DNA of 33,433 nucleotides from NCBI GenBank assembly GCA_964563735.1, contig CAZLXS010000002.1, positions 8,005 to 41,437 on the forward strand, in the 5' to 3' direction. The notes under the pieces were generated by a model. The model worked only from the letters and a program-made list of their open reading frames with translations. It was not told the origin of the DNA and did not search any database. Below are positions 1 through 8,845 of the stretch, one piece after another. Position 1 is the stretch's first letter. Each line of letters begins with the position of its first letter. This DNA comes from an uncultured Candidatus Saccharibacteria bacterium. Its GTDB lineage: Bacteria > Patescibacteriota > Minisyncoccia > UBA6257 > 2-01-FULL-56-20. The translations under genes were made by a program, and so were the position numbers.

Positions 1-2
1 AA

Positions 3-1418
3 GAGTTGGGCTTGAAAATTGATTATGTGAGCGTGTTCTCCTCCGAAGGAGGATCTGCCTTCGGCGGAGAAGGTAATTTCAATGTGCCTAGTGATAGGGA
101 GTCTGAGGAAATTTGGCGGGGACTCGGTGTAAGTGAGGTTCGCAAATTTGGACGGGCGGATAATTTTTGGGGACCCACTGGAGTAGAGGGACCGTGTGGG
201 CCAACAACGGAGATTTATGTGGACGGAGTGGAGATCTGGAATTTAGTTTTTAATGAATATTTTTTGAGTCGAGACGGGAAATTGGAACCTCTACCTCAAA
301 AAGGGATTGATACGGGAATGGGTTTTGAAAGATTGGTTTCGAAGGTGCAGGGAGTAAAAAATATTTTTGAAACTGATTTGTTTATACCAATTATTGATTT
401 AATTCCATCTACTAATTTAAAAACGAAGAGGATTTTTGCGGATCATTTTCGCTCCGCGATTTTTTTGGTAGCAGATGGAGTTTTACCCTCGAATCAGGGG
501 CAGGGCTATATTCTGCGAAGAATTTTGCGGAGAGTGATTAGGTTTTCTAAATTAGAAAATATTAATTTTGATTTTTATAAAGAAGTAGTAGAAAAAATAA
601 TTGATTTATACGGAGATTTTTATCCTGAACTAAAGAATAGAAAGACAGCTATTTTTGAAGTTTTTGAATCCGAAAAAGATAAATTTTTAAAAGTTTTGGA
701 AACTGGCGTCAAAGAATTTAATCGATACATTGAGAAGGGCGATTTAAGTGTGGATGAAGTTTTTAATTTATACCAGAGTTACGGTTTTCCATTTGAATTG
801 ACCGAAGAGTTGGCAAAAGAAAAGGGCATAACAGTTGATATGCAGGCGATTAACGAAAAAAGAAAAATTCACCAAGAAACTTCAAGAGCTGGACTAGAGA
901 AAAAATTTGGTGGACACGGATTAATTTTGGACACGGGGGAGTTAAAAGCGGGGAGCGAGGAGGAGCTAAAAAAAGTTTTAGCACTGCACACAGCTACGCA
1001 TTTACTCCAACGGGCGCTTCGAGAGATTTTGGGACCAGAGGTTCGGCAGGCAGGATCGGATATTACATCAGAGCGAACCAGATTTGATTTTATGTTCCCA
1101 CGAAAACTAACAACCGAAGAATTAAAACAAATTGAGGATTTAGTGAATCAAAAAATTAAAGAAGATCTGCCAGTTAATTTTGTTGAACTGCCAAAAAATG
1201 AAGCTGAAAAAACAGGAGCTTTATTTTTCTTTCGCGAAAAATACCCAGAGATAGTGAAAGTTTATTTTGTGGGACGTTCGATTGAGGAAGCATGGAGTAA
1301 AGAGTTTTGTGGTGGACCCCATGTGAAGCATACTGGAGAAATTGGGCACTTTAAAATTGTAAAAGAGGAATCAGTAGCGGCTGGAACAAGGAGGATTAGA
1401 GGCGTGGTAGGGCTTTAA
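3..1418 (+). CDS. alaS: alanine--tRNA ligase, 5' end cut by the window edge; ends just after the editing domain
   Basis: Frame is open from the window start. Class II AlaRS core motifs NFWGPTG..GPCGPTTEIY and GIDTGMGFERL; editing-domain motifs HTATHLL, CGGPHV and GTRRI. Confidence 0.9.
   Translation, partial: ELGLKIDYVSVFSSEGGSAFGGEGNFNVPSDRESEEIWRGLGVSEVRKFGRADNFWGPTGVEGPCGPTTEIYVDGVEIWNLVFNEYFLSRDGKLEPLPQKGIDTGMGFERLVSKVQGVKNIFETDLFIPIIDLIPSTNLKTKRIFADHFRSAIFLVADGVLPSNQGQGYILRRILRRVIRFSKLENINFDFYKEVVEKIIDLYGDFYPELKNRKTAIFEVFESEKDKFLKVLETGVKEFNRYIEKGDLSVDEVFNLYQSYGFPFELTEELAKEKGITVDMQAINEKRKIHQETSRAGLEKKFGGHGLILDTGELKAGSEEELKKVLALHTATHLLQRALREILGPEVRQAGSDITSERTRFDFMFPRKLTTEELKQIEDLVNQKIKEDLPVNFVELPKNEAEKTGALFFFREKYPEIVKVYFVGRSIEEAWSKEFCGGPHVKHTGEIGHFKIVKEESVAAGTRRIRGVVGL
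40..65. repeat. GC-rich two-hairpin repeat, copy A (inside alaS)
   Basis: CCTCCGAAGGAGGATCTGCCTTCGGC matches 14497-14522 at 25 of 26 nt. Hairpins are CCTCC-GAA-GGAGG and CTGCC-TTC-GGCGG. Confidence 0.8.
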
Positions 1419-1431
1419 TTTATCTTCACAC

Positions 1432-2703
1432 CTACCAGCTGGATCTGCGGGTGAGGGTTTCTATCTCGCTATGCCATTTGGTTCTTAATTCACCGGCTAG
1501 GAAGAAGGATCCGGTGACTAAGATTAGATCTTTTTTTGTGGCTAATTTTTGAGCTCGTTCTAGAGCCGTCCAGGGATCCAGATAGGTTTCGACGGGTACT
1601 TTTTTGATGGTACGAGTGATCTTGCTTAAAACTAGGGGATTAGCACATTTTCTTTCTTTGATTTCAAAACGAGTGGCAAAAACGTGATCAGCTTTTGGAA
1701 TTAAGATTTTTAAGATTGAACTAGCGTCTTTGTTTTCCGCCATGCCTAAAATTAAAAATAGCTTTTGATATTTTAACTTAGCTAAATTAGAAACGGTGCT
1801 TTCCATTTTAGATTCGTTATGGGCTCCATCTAAAATAATTAATGGATTCTTCTTTATAATTTCAAAACGGCAGGGGAGGCGAGCTGACTTAATACCCTGA
1901 TTAATAAAGGATTCTTTAATACCAATTGAGTTCGAGATTGTGCGAACAAGGTTGTTGTTGGTTTCTAGATAGTCCTTAGAGTTTGGAACTAGGTTGAAGT
2001 TGGCCCCCACTTTTGTGCATTCAGACTTAAAAATTTTTAGAAGAGCTGGTCTTTTTTCGGTGGTGAAAAAAAGGCTACCACTTTTAACGATACCGATTTT
2101 GTCTTTGGCGATCTTACTTAGAGTTTTACCTAGGATATGAGTGTGATCATAGCCGATATTGGTGATGGCGGTGATGATAGGATTTTTGATCACATTAGTT
2201 GAGTCATAACGCCCACCCAATCCAACTTCTAGAACCACCCAGTCGCAGTGCATTTTTTTAAAATACAAAAAAGCGATGGCAGTGAAAATTTCAAAATAAG
2301 AAACTCCGCCGTAGGGTCCTTTCTCATAGGTTTGATCAATGAATGGTTTTAAATTCTCGACAATTTCTGCAAGATCCTTTGGTGCGATTAATTTGTCGTT
2401 AACTTTGATCTTTTCGATGGAGGTGGTGACGAAGGGTGAGGTGAAGAGTCCGGCATTTCGACCAGATTTTACTAGAACAGAATGGACGGCATTAGCAACC
2501 GAACCCTTGCCAGAGGTTCCGGTAATGTGGATGAATTTAAAACCTTTTTCTGGATTTCCGATAAGATCCAGAAAATATCGCATTCGTTTAACGTAGATTT
2601 CTGGATTTTGATGAGGACCTCTCGTGTACTCAGAGGCGAGGGGAAGATTATAGAGACCCTCCAAAAATTTAATGACCTTAAAATAGGACTCAAAATTTTG
2701 CAT
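1432..2703 (-). CDS. folC: folylpolyglutamate synthase/dihydrofolate synthase family (Mur ligase fold)
   Basis: P-loop HITGTSGKGSV, then EVGLGGRYDSTNV, ITNIGYDHTHILG and ILDGAHNE. 423 aa. Confidence 0.8.
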   Translation of the reverse strand: MQNFESYFKVIKFLEGLYNLPLASEYTRGPHQNPEIYVKRMRYFLDLIGNPEKGFKFIHITGTSGKGSVANAVHSVLVKSGRNAGLFTSPFVTTSIEKIKVNDKLIAPKDLAEIVENLKPFIDQTYEKGPYGGVSYFEIFTAIAFLYFKKMHCDWVVLEVGLGGRYDSTNVIKNPIITAITNIGYDHTHILGKTLSKIAKDKIGIVKSGSLFFTTEKRPALLKIFKSECTKVGANFNLVPNSKDYLETNNNLVRTISNSIGIKESFINQGIKSARLPCRFEIIKKNPLIILDGAHNESKMESTVSNLAKLKYQKLFLILGMAENKDASSILKILIPKADHVFATRFEIKERKCANPLVLSKITRTIKKVPVETYLDPWTALERAQKLATKKDLILVTGSFFLAGELRTKWHSEIETLTRRSSW

Positions 2704-2752
2704 TTAAATAACTTTAGCTAATTATTCTTGGTTTGTAAAAAGATATTTTTTT

Positions 2753-2761
2753 TGCTATTTT
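2753..2761 (+). promoter_or_regulatory. extended -10-like box TGCTATTTT, 6 nt before the rseP ATG
   Basis: Shares the TGCTA context with boxes upstream of gltX, ctpA and three surface-cluster genes. Confidence 0.3.
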
Positions 2762-2767
2762 GAAGCA

Positions 2768-3823
2768 ATGCTTACTGGAATTTTTGTTTTTATTGGTTTA
2801 TCAATTTTGATTTTAGGACACGAAGCGGGACACTTTTTTGCCGCTCGATTTTTTAAATTAAAAATTGATGAATTCGGTTTTGGTTTTCCTCCTCGAATTT
2901 TTGCTTGGCGACCAAAAAATAGTGAAACCGAATATAGTTTAAATTGGTTACCCTTTGGAGGATTTGTAAAAATTGCCGGAGAGAATGATCGGATGAACGA
3001 GGACGTGGCTAAATTAAAAGAATTACCGGAAGCAGAAAGGAAGAGAATTTTTTTGTTTCAACCGGCGTGGAAAAGAGCAGTAGTCCTTTTAGCTGGGGTG
3101 GCGGTTAACTTTTTAATTGGATGGATCTTGATTACAGCAATTTTCATGGTTGGAGTTCCTCGGGCGATCGTAGTTTCTGATGTGGTTTCTGGATCGCCAG
3201 CCGAAACTGCTGGTTTTAAAAAGAATGACGTGATTTTGCAATTCTCTGAAGCAGAATTATTTACAAAATTTATTAATGATAATAAGGGTAGGCCCACTGT
3301 CTTTGAGGTAAAGCGAGGAGACGCGGTAGTGCAACTTACTGCTACGCCTAATATTGATCCGAAACCGGGAGAGGGGGCTTTGGGGGTGCAGTTTGTACCA
3401 ACCGGATTTCCGAAGGAGAGTTTTTTTTCAGCGATCTTTAGTGGTTTTACAAGAACCTTTGAGTTGGCTTGGGGGATCGTCCTTGGATTTTTGATGATTA
3501 TAAAAAACATACTGACAACGGGAACCTTGCCTGATGATGTGGTTGGTCCAGTGGGAATTTTTGGTGTTGCTAGTGATGTGGGCAAGTTGGGTGTGGTTTA
3601 TTTGATTCACTTGATCAGTTTGATCTCCATTAATTTAGCGGTAATTAATCTTCTGCCATTTCCAGCGCTTGATGGGGGGAGATTCTTCATGCTTTTGATT
3701 GAGAAAATTAAGGGATCTCCAATTCCAATAAAGGTGGAGGGGATTACTAATGCGATTGGATTTGGAATTTTGATTTTACTCATGCTTGTCGTTACGTTTA
3801 AGGACATCGTTAAGCTCTTCTAA
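2768..3823 (+). CDS. rseP: site-2 (RIP) zinc metalloprotease, M50 family with PDZ domain
   Basis: HEAGHFF (HExxH) in the first TM helix, a central PDZ-like segment, and NLLPFPALDGG near the C terminus. Confidence 0.85.
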   Translation: MLTGIFVFIGLSILILGHEAGHFFAARFFKLKIDEFGFGFPPRIFAWRPKNSETEYSLNWLPFGGFVKIAGENDRMNEDVAKLKELPEAERKRIFLFQPAWKRAVVLLAGVAVNFLIGWILITAIFMVGVPRAIVVSDVVSGSPAETAGFKKNDVILQFSEAELFTKFINDNKGRPTVFEVKRGDAVVQLTATPNIDPKPGEGALGVQFVPTGFPKESFFSAIFSGFTRTFELAWGIVLGFLMIIKNILTTGTLPDDVVGPVGIFGVASDVGKLGVVYLIHLISLISINLAVINLLPFPALDGGRFFMLLIEKIKGSPIPIKVEGITNAIGFGILILLMLVVTFKDIVKLF

Positions 3824-3834
3824 TATTAAAAAGG

Positions 3835-4704
3835 ATGAAATTTAAACATCCTATTTTATTTCTAATAGTTTTACTTTTGCTTTTTACTGGTTTTGTTTGG
3901 TGCCAGATTATTTTTGATGGACCAAATAAGTTGGCTGAAGCCTACTTTTTGGATGTGGGGCAGGGTGATAGTGAACTAGTTCGACTTGAAGGAGGGGTTT
4001 CGATCTTGACTGATGGGGGTCCGGATTTTAAGGTGGTGACGGAACTAGATAAAATTTTTAAATCTGGAAGTCGCTATATAGATTTAGTGTTTGTGACGCA
4101 TCCTCAAACTGATCATTTTGCTGGATTAGTGCATATGCTCTCTAGATACGAAGTGGGTGCTGTTATTTTTAATGGGAGAACTTCTTCGGCTAAAGAGTGG
4201 GAAGCTTTCATTGGTTTAATTAAAACAAAGAAAATTCCGCTCTTAACGGTTTTAGCTGGAGATTTGATTAGTTTTAGAGATTCAGTGATATCGATTCTTT
4301 CGCCAACTTCAGAATTTTTGATGAGTGGAGAGCCGAATGACGGAAGCGTGGTTGAGAAAATTAAGACTTCAAAAACCTCGATTCTTTTAACTGGAGACAT
4401 TACTTCGAGGGTGGAGGAGTATTTGCTTAAAAAATATTCTAAAGAAGAGTTAGAGGCGGATATTTTGAAGGTACCCCACCATGGATCTAAATATTCTTCG
4501 ACAGATAATTTTATCAAAGCGGTTAACCCAAAAGTGGCGATGATTGAGGTGGGAGAGGGTAATAGATATGGACATCCTGCGCCTAATACTTTAGAGAGAT
4601 TAAATTCTTCTGGAGTTTTAAAAATCTTTAGAACTGATTTGGACGGAACTATTCGAGCATTGGGCAGTGAGTCAGCGATTAATTTTTTTGTAGAGAAAAG
4701 ATGA
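3835..4704 (+). CDS. ComEC/Rec2-type metallo-beta-lactamase domain protein (one N-terminal TM, no channel domain)
   Basis: FLDVGQGDS, VTHPQTDHFAGL, LLTGD and KVPHHGSKYS, as in the C-terminal MBL domain of ComEC. 289 aa. Confidence 0.75.
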   Translation: MKFKHPILFLIVLLLLFTGFVWCQIIFDGPNKLAEAYFLDVGQGDSELVRLEGGVSILTDGGPDFKVVTELDKIFKSGSRYIDLVFVTHPQTDHFAGLVHMLSRYEVGAVIFNGRTSSAKEWEAFIGLIKTKKIPLLTVLAGDLISFRDSVISILSPTSEFLMSGEPNDGSVVEKIKTSKTSILLTGDITSRVEEYLLKKYSKEELEADILKVPHHGSKYSSTDNFIKAVNPKVAMIEVGEGNRYGHPAPNTLERLNSSGVLKIFRTDLDGTIRALGSESAINFFVEKR

Positions 4705-4705
4705 T

Positions 4706-4734
4706 TTGAATTATTTTATTCTTTTGGATATAAA
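4706..4734 (+). promoter_or_regulatory. sigma70-like promoter TTGAAT-17 nt-TATAAA for the small ORF
   Basis: Hexamers at 4706-4711 and 4729-4734 with 17-nt spacing, about 30 nt upstream of the ATG at 4764. Confidence 0.4.
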
Positions 4735-4763
4735 TATAATTAGAAACTCAAGGAGGATATTTT

Positions 4764-4931
4764 ATGAATATTGGAAAAAATCTAGGAGAAGAAGAGAAGC
4801 GAGTAGTTAAAAGTTTCTTCGATCAGATTAATGAGCATTGGAAGATGTTCACAAGGTTGACCGAGGAACGTTTCAGAGTTGGACTGGTTCGATTTAATAA
4901 GAAAAAGAACCGTCCAGTGCAAGTACATTAA
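4764..4931 (+). CDS. hypothetical small basic protein (55 aa), absent from the ORF track
   Basis: Strong SD AAGGAGG at 4750-4756, 7 nt before the ATG. It has its own promoter-like box and a downstream hairpin plus T-run. No homology recognised. Confidence 0.5.
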   Translation: MNIGKNLGEEEKRVVKSFFDQINEHWKMFTRLTEERFRVGLVRFNKKKNRPVQVH

Positions 4932-4961
4932 GCCCCAAAGTGGCCTTGATGTGAAAATAGT

Positions 4962-4998
4962 AGAGGGGGTGACGGATAAAAACGTTACCTCTTTTTTT
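4962..4998 (+). terminator. rho-independent terminator candidate
   Basis: Imperfect stem of about 10 bp (GGGGGTGACG / CGTTACCTCT with G-U pairs), an 8-nt loop, then T7. Confidence 0.55.
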
Positions 4999-5052
4999 GT
5001 CCACTTTTTTATAGGTATATCAATTGATCTAAATAATTTATAATTAAGCGGT

Positions 5053-6561
5053 ATGACGCTTCTTTTGAAGAATGTTCGGGTTTTGGGTAGTGACCAAGAT
5101 CTTCCAGATAAATTGGATGTTTTTGTAAATGGAAAAAAGATCAGCGCGATTGGTCGGTTTCCGAATAAAAAAGCCGATACAACGATTGATGGACAGGGTG
5201 CCTATCTTTCGCCTGGTTTTATAGATCTCGATACGGAATCTGATCATTATTTGAGTATTTTTACTAATCCATCGCAAGAGGATTTTTTAAAGCAGGGAGT
5301 GACCACTATTTTGGGTGGTCTTTGTGGAGCATCTCTTGCACCACTCATTTATGGAAGCTTGGAATCGATGGAAGAGTGGACTTCCACTAATCAGATCAAT
5401 GTTGACTGGCATACGACCAAAGAATTTTTAGATTTACTGGAAAGACGACCCCTGGGAGTTAACTTCGCTACTTTAACTGGGCATACTACGATCAGGCAGG
5501 CCATAATTGGAAAAGTTCCCCGAAATTTAACGAAGAACGAGATAGTGGTTTTTTCTGACACCATTAAGAAATCGATAGAGGATGGATCGTTTGGTTTTTC
5601 TACGGGACTTGGATATGCGGCGGCAATCGATACTCCTTATGCTGAAATAAAAAATTTAGTGGAGATAGTTGCTAAAAAGAGAGGTCTTTATACTACGCAT
5701 CTTCGAAAAATGGGAGGTGGATTGGTTAACTCAGTTGAAGAAACCATAAAACTATCAAAAGATACTGGAGTTAAAACTATTATTAGTCATTTCTCTCCAA
5801 TTATTGGACAGGAAAAAGAGTATGAGCAAGCCATAGAATCAATCGGAGCATTACCCAAAGAGACTGATTTTAGTTTTAGTTTATATCCTTTTAAGAAGAG
5901 AATATTAAAACTTTACACTTTTTTGCCGGAGTGGGCTCAGAAAGATGATTTGAGAGTTATGACGAAAAGTATTCAAGATGAGTGGCTTCGAGAAAAGATT
6001 TTAAAAGATCTACCAGAGATTAAGCCGGATGATTTTGTGGTGGCCCAGGCGATTAATAATGATTCACTAGTGGGGCTTTCTTTGGGAGATATTAGAAAGT
6101 TGTATTCTTTGAAGAGTTTTAAGGAGGCGTTGCTCAAATTAATGATTACCACAAATTTACAGGCGATTATTTTTTATAAGAACATTAATGAGGATTTAAT
6201 GAAAAAGGCTTTGGCGAACCCTCGATCTTTAATTGCTTCAAATGCGGCTAGTTTGAACGAAAACCAGAAGCATAAAGCCCTAAAACCAGATCGTGCTACC
6301 TCAACCTTTACTAGATTTTTAAGATTTGTAGAAGAAGAGAAGATTTTGCCGATTGAAGAGGCAATTAAAAAGATTACGTTGTTTCCGGCTCAAAAATTAG
6401 GATTGAAAGATCGAGGAATTATTCGCCCCGGTTTTGTGGCGGATTTGACTGGATTTAAAAACGGAGAAGTTAATTTTGTGATTGTGGGCGGTCAGGTAGC
6501 GGTTTTAGATAAAAACTATACAGGCCTTTTGGGAGGGAAGGTATTGCGAAGTAGTGATTAA
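5053..6561 (+). CDS. amidohydrolase-superfamily protein, N-acyl-D-amino-acid deacylase-like
   Basis: N terminus LLKNVRVL..GKKISAIG..IDGQGAYLSPGFID, then GGLCGAS, TTHLRK and ISHFSP. The canonical HxH after PGFID is missing. Confidence 0.65.
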   Translation: MTLLLKNVRVLGSDQDLPDKLDVFVNGKKISAIGRFPNKKADTTIDGQGAYLSPGFIDLDTESDHYLSIFTNPSQEDFLKQGVTTILGGLCGASLAPLIYGSLESMEEWTSTNQINVDWHTTKEFLDLLERRPLGVNFATLTGHTTIRQAIIGKVPRNLTKNEIVVFSDTIKKSIEDGSFGFSTGLGYAAAIDTPYAEIKNLVEIVAKKRGLYTTHLRKMGGGLVNSVEETIKLSKDTGVKTIISHFSPIIGQEKEYEQAIESIGALPKETDFSFSLYPFKKRILKLYTFLPEWAQKDDLRVMTKSIQDEWLREKILKDLPEIKPDDFVVAQAINNDSLVGLSLGDIRKLYSLKSFKEALLKLMITTNLQAIIFYKNINEDLMKKALANPRSLIASNAASLNENQKHKALKPDRATSTFTRFLRFVEEEKILPIEEAIKKITLFPAQKLGLKDRGIIRPGFVADLTGFKNGEVNFVIVGGQVAVLDKNYTGLLGGKVLRSSD

Positions 6562-6564
6562 AAT

Positions 6565-7680
6565 ATGTTTGGAAAAATAAAAAAAACTGGTCACGCTCCT
6601 GATTATTTTTTATTAGCGGCTATTTTTCTTTTGACTATTTTTGGGTTGGCTATGATTGCGAGTGCTTCTTCAGAACTTGGAAAAATTAAATTTAACGACA
6701 CTTATTATTTTTTTAAACATCAGATTATGAATGGTTTGATTTTGGGCCTCTTGGGAGGATTTGTAGCTTACAAGATTAATTATCAGCGCTATAAGGTTTT
6801 GGCTTTGCCCCTTTTGATTGTTTCAGTGGGGGTGTTGGCTTTAGTTTTTACAAAATTTGGAGTGACGGCTGGAGGAGCTAGTCGGTGGCTTTCGATTGGA
6901 CCCGTCACATTTCAGCCGGCCGAAATATTGAAATTAACTTTCATTCTTTATTTAGCGGCTTGGTTTAGTAATCCAAAAATTAATCGAGAGGGACGCTTTC
7001 TAGAGGGTCTCTTGCCGTTTCTGGTTGTGACTGGGGTGGTGGCAACTCTGCTCTTACTTCAGCCAGCAACGAGTATGGTGGTGATTATTATTGGAGCGGC
7101 TGTGGTGATTTATTTTGTAAGTGGGGCCAAGCTTTCTTATGTTTTTGGTCTTTTTGGTATTGGAGCGGTGGCTTTGACTTTGATAGTAGTTTTTACACCA
7201 TATCGATTTGAGAGGATTAAAACATTTTTGAATTTAAACGAGGATCGTTTGGGTTCGAGTTATCATGTTAATGAAGCTCAGATTGCTTTGGGCTCGGGGA
7301 GACTTTTGGGAGTAGGTTATGGAGAGTCAAGAACTAAAACTAATTATTTACCGGCACCGATTGACGACTCTATCTTTGCGGTTACCGGAGAAGAGCTTGG
7401 CTTTGTGGGAGCTGGAAGTTTGATTGCTCTTTTTGGTACACTAACTTTTCGCCTCTTCTGGATTGCTAAGAATTTGCGAGATAAGTTTGGCCAGCTTTTG
7501 CTTATTGGCTTTGGAACAATTATCGCGGCTCAAGCGGCTATTAATATTGGAGCCATTTCTGGATTGTTCCCACTAACCGGTGTACCGCTACCTTTTATTA
7601 GTTATGGAGGTACGGCTTTGGCGGTCTTTTTGGTGATGGGCGGGATAGCCTTAAATGCTTCAAGGTATACTTCCCGTTAA
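6565..7680 (+). CDS. ftsW: SEDS-family peptidoglycan glycosyltransferase (FtsW/RodA)
   Basis: Polytopic membrane protein with RWLSIGPVTFQPAE, DDSIFAVTGEELGF and PLPFISYGGT. Lies directly upstream of murG. Confidence 0.8.
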   Translation: MFGKIKKTGHAPDYFLLAAIFLLTIFGLAMIASASSELGKIKFNDTYYFFKHQIMNGLILGLLGGFVAYKINYQRYKVLALPLLIVSVGVLALVFTKFGVTAGGASRWLSIGPVTFQPAEILKLTFILYLAAWFSNPKINREGRFLEGLLPFLVVTGVVATLLLLQPATSMVVIIIGAAVVIYFVSGAKLSYVFGLFGIGAVALTLIVVFTPYRFERIKTFLNLNEDRLGSSYHVNEAQIALGSGRLLGVGYGESRTKTNYLPAPIDDSIFAVTGEELGFVGAGSLIALFGTLTFRLFWIAKNLRDKFGQLLLIGFGTIIAAQAAINIGAISGLFPLTGVPLPFISYGGTALAVFLVMGGIALNASRYTSR

Positions 7681-7693
7681 ATTAAATTTTTTT

Positions 7694-8845
7694 ATGAATC
7701 AATTATTAAAAATTGTTTTTACCGGCGGGGGGAGTGGGGGACACGTTTACCCACTTTTAGCAGTGGCCGAAGAGTTGAAAAAAATATCCAACGAGAGAGG
7801 AATTAATTTGGATTTACATTATGTGGGAATTTATGCAAATGATCACGATGTTTACTTTCAAGAGGGAGCGATTGCGGTCCATCCAATTTGGGCGGCAAAG
7901 TTTAGAAGATATTTTTCAATTTTAAATATTATTGATATTCCGATTTTTTTTATTTCAATTATTCAAGCTTTTTTTAAATTGTTTTGGTTGATGCCGGATG
8001 TAGTTTTTTCGAAGGGTGGACCGGGAGCTTATCCAGTTGTTTTGGCGGCTTGGTTTTATCGAATTCCAATTTTTATTCATGAATCGGATGCTGTTCCTGG
8101 TTTAACCAACTTGCTTTCGAGAAGATTTGCTACGAGAATAGCAGTTAGCTTTGAAATAGCGGCTCGTTATTTTGATCCGAATAAAACTGCTGTAACTGGA
8201 AATCCGGTGAGAAAATCTTTAATTCAGAATATGATGCCTAGTAATATCGCGAAAGAAGAATTAGGTTTTAATGGAGAGGAACCTTTGCTCTTGGTTTTGG
8301 GTGGTTCTCAAGGAGCAAGACGGATTAATGATTTTATTTTGGTTAATTTGGAACAGCTGGTTGGAGAGACTCAAATTTTGCACCAAACTGGAATTGCTAA
8401 TTTTATTGATGTGAAAAATTTATCGCGAGCGGCGCTTATTGATATGCCGATTCAAACGGAATTACAACATCGTTATGAGGCGGTTTCTTATTTCGAGCAA
8501 AACTTAGCAACGGCTTTGTCGGCAGCAGATTTAGTAGTAGCGAGAGCTGGTAGTGGAACAATTTTTGAATTAGCTGCTTTTAAGAAGCCGGTTATTTTAA
8601 TCCCACTTGCTGAAGCAGCTGGAGATCATCAAAGAATCAACGCCTATGAATTCGCTAAATTGGGCGGAGGGGTGGTGATTGAGGAGAGTAATCTATTTCC
8701 TGGAATTTTTATTAATCAAATTAAAGAAATTTTGGGGAACTTAATGAAGATCCAGAAAATGCAAGAAGCATCTTATAAATTTTATAAACCGGAGGCGGTT
8801 TCTATGATTGCGGAAGAGATAGTTGGAATAAGTGTGAATGACTAA
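7694..8845 (+). CDS. murG: UDP-GlcNAc:lipid I N-acetylglucosamine transferase
   Basis: KIVFTGGGSGGHVYP glycine loop, HESDAVPG, GGSQGA and AGDHQRINA. The ATG at 7694 is preferred over the track start at 7655. Confidence 0.85.
   Translation: MNQLLKIVFTGGGSGGHVYPLLAVAEELKKISNERGINLDLHYVGIYANDHDVYFQEGAIAVHPIWAAKFRRYFSILNIIDIPIFFISIIQAFFKLFWLMPDVVFSKGGPGAYPVVLAAWFYRIPIFIHESDAVPGLTNLLSRRFATRIAVSFEIAARYFDPNKTAVTGNPVRKSLIQNMMPSNIAKEELGFNGEEPLLLVLGGSQGARRINDFILVNLEQLVGETQILHQTGIANFIDVKNLSRAALIDMPIQTELQHRYEAVSYFEQNLATALSAADLVVARAGSGTIFELAAFKKPVILIPLAEAAGDHQRINAYEFAKLGGGVVIEESNLFPGIFINQIKEILGNLMKIQKMQEASYKFYKPEAVSMIAEEIVGISVND

Noticed and set aside
3058-3585. 175-aa antisense ORF inside rseP. Similar shadow ORFs occur at 4113-4517, 2339-2721, 9326-9638, 11508-11826, 11859-12116, 15601-15786 and 16638-16990.
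   Set aside because: All lie fully inside well-supported genes on the opposite strand. They have low-complexity or odd composition and no start context. They are typical shadow ORFs.
7655-7693. Track start of murG at 7655, which overlaps ftsW by 26 nt.
   Set aside because: The extra 13 residues have no counterpart before the MurG glycine loop. The ATG at 7694 gives the usual short N terminus and removes the overlap.
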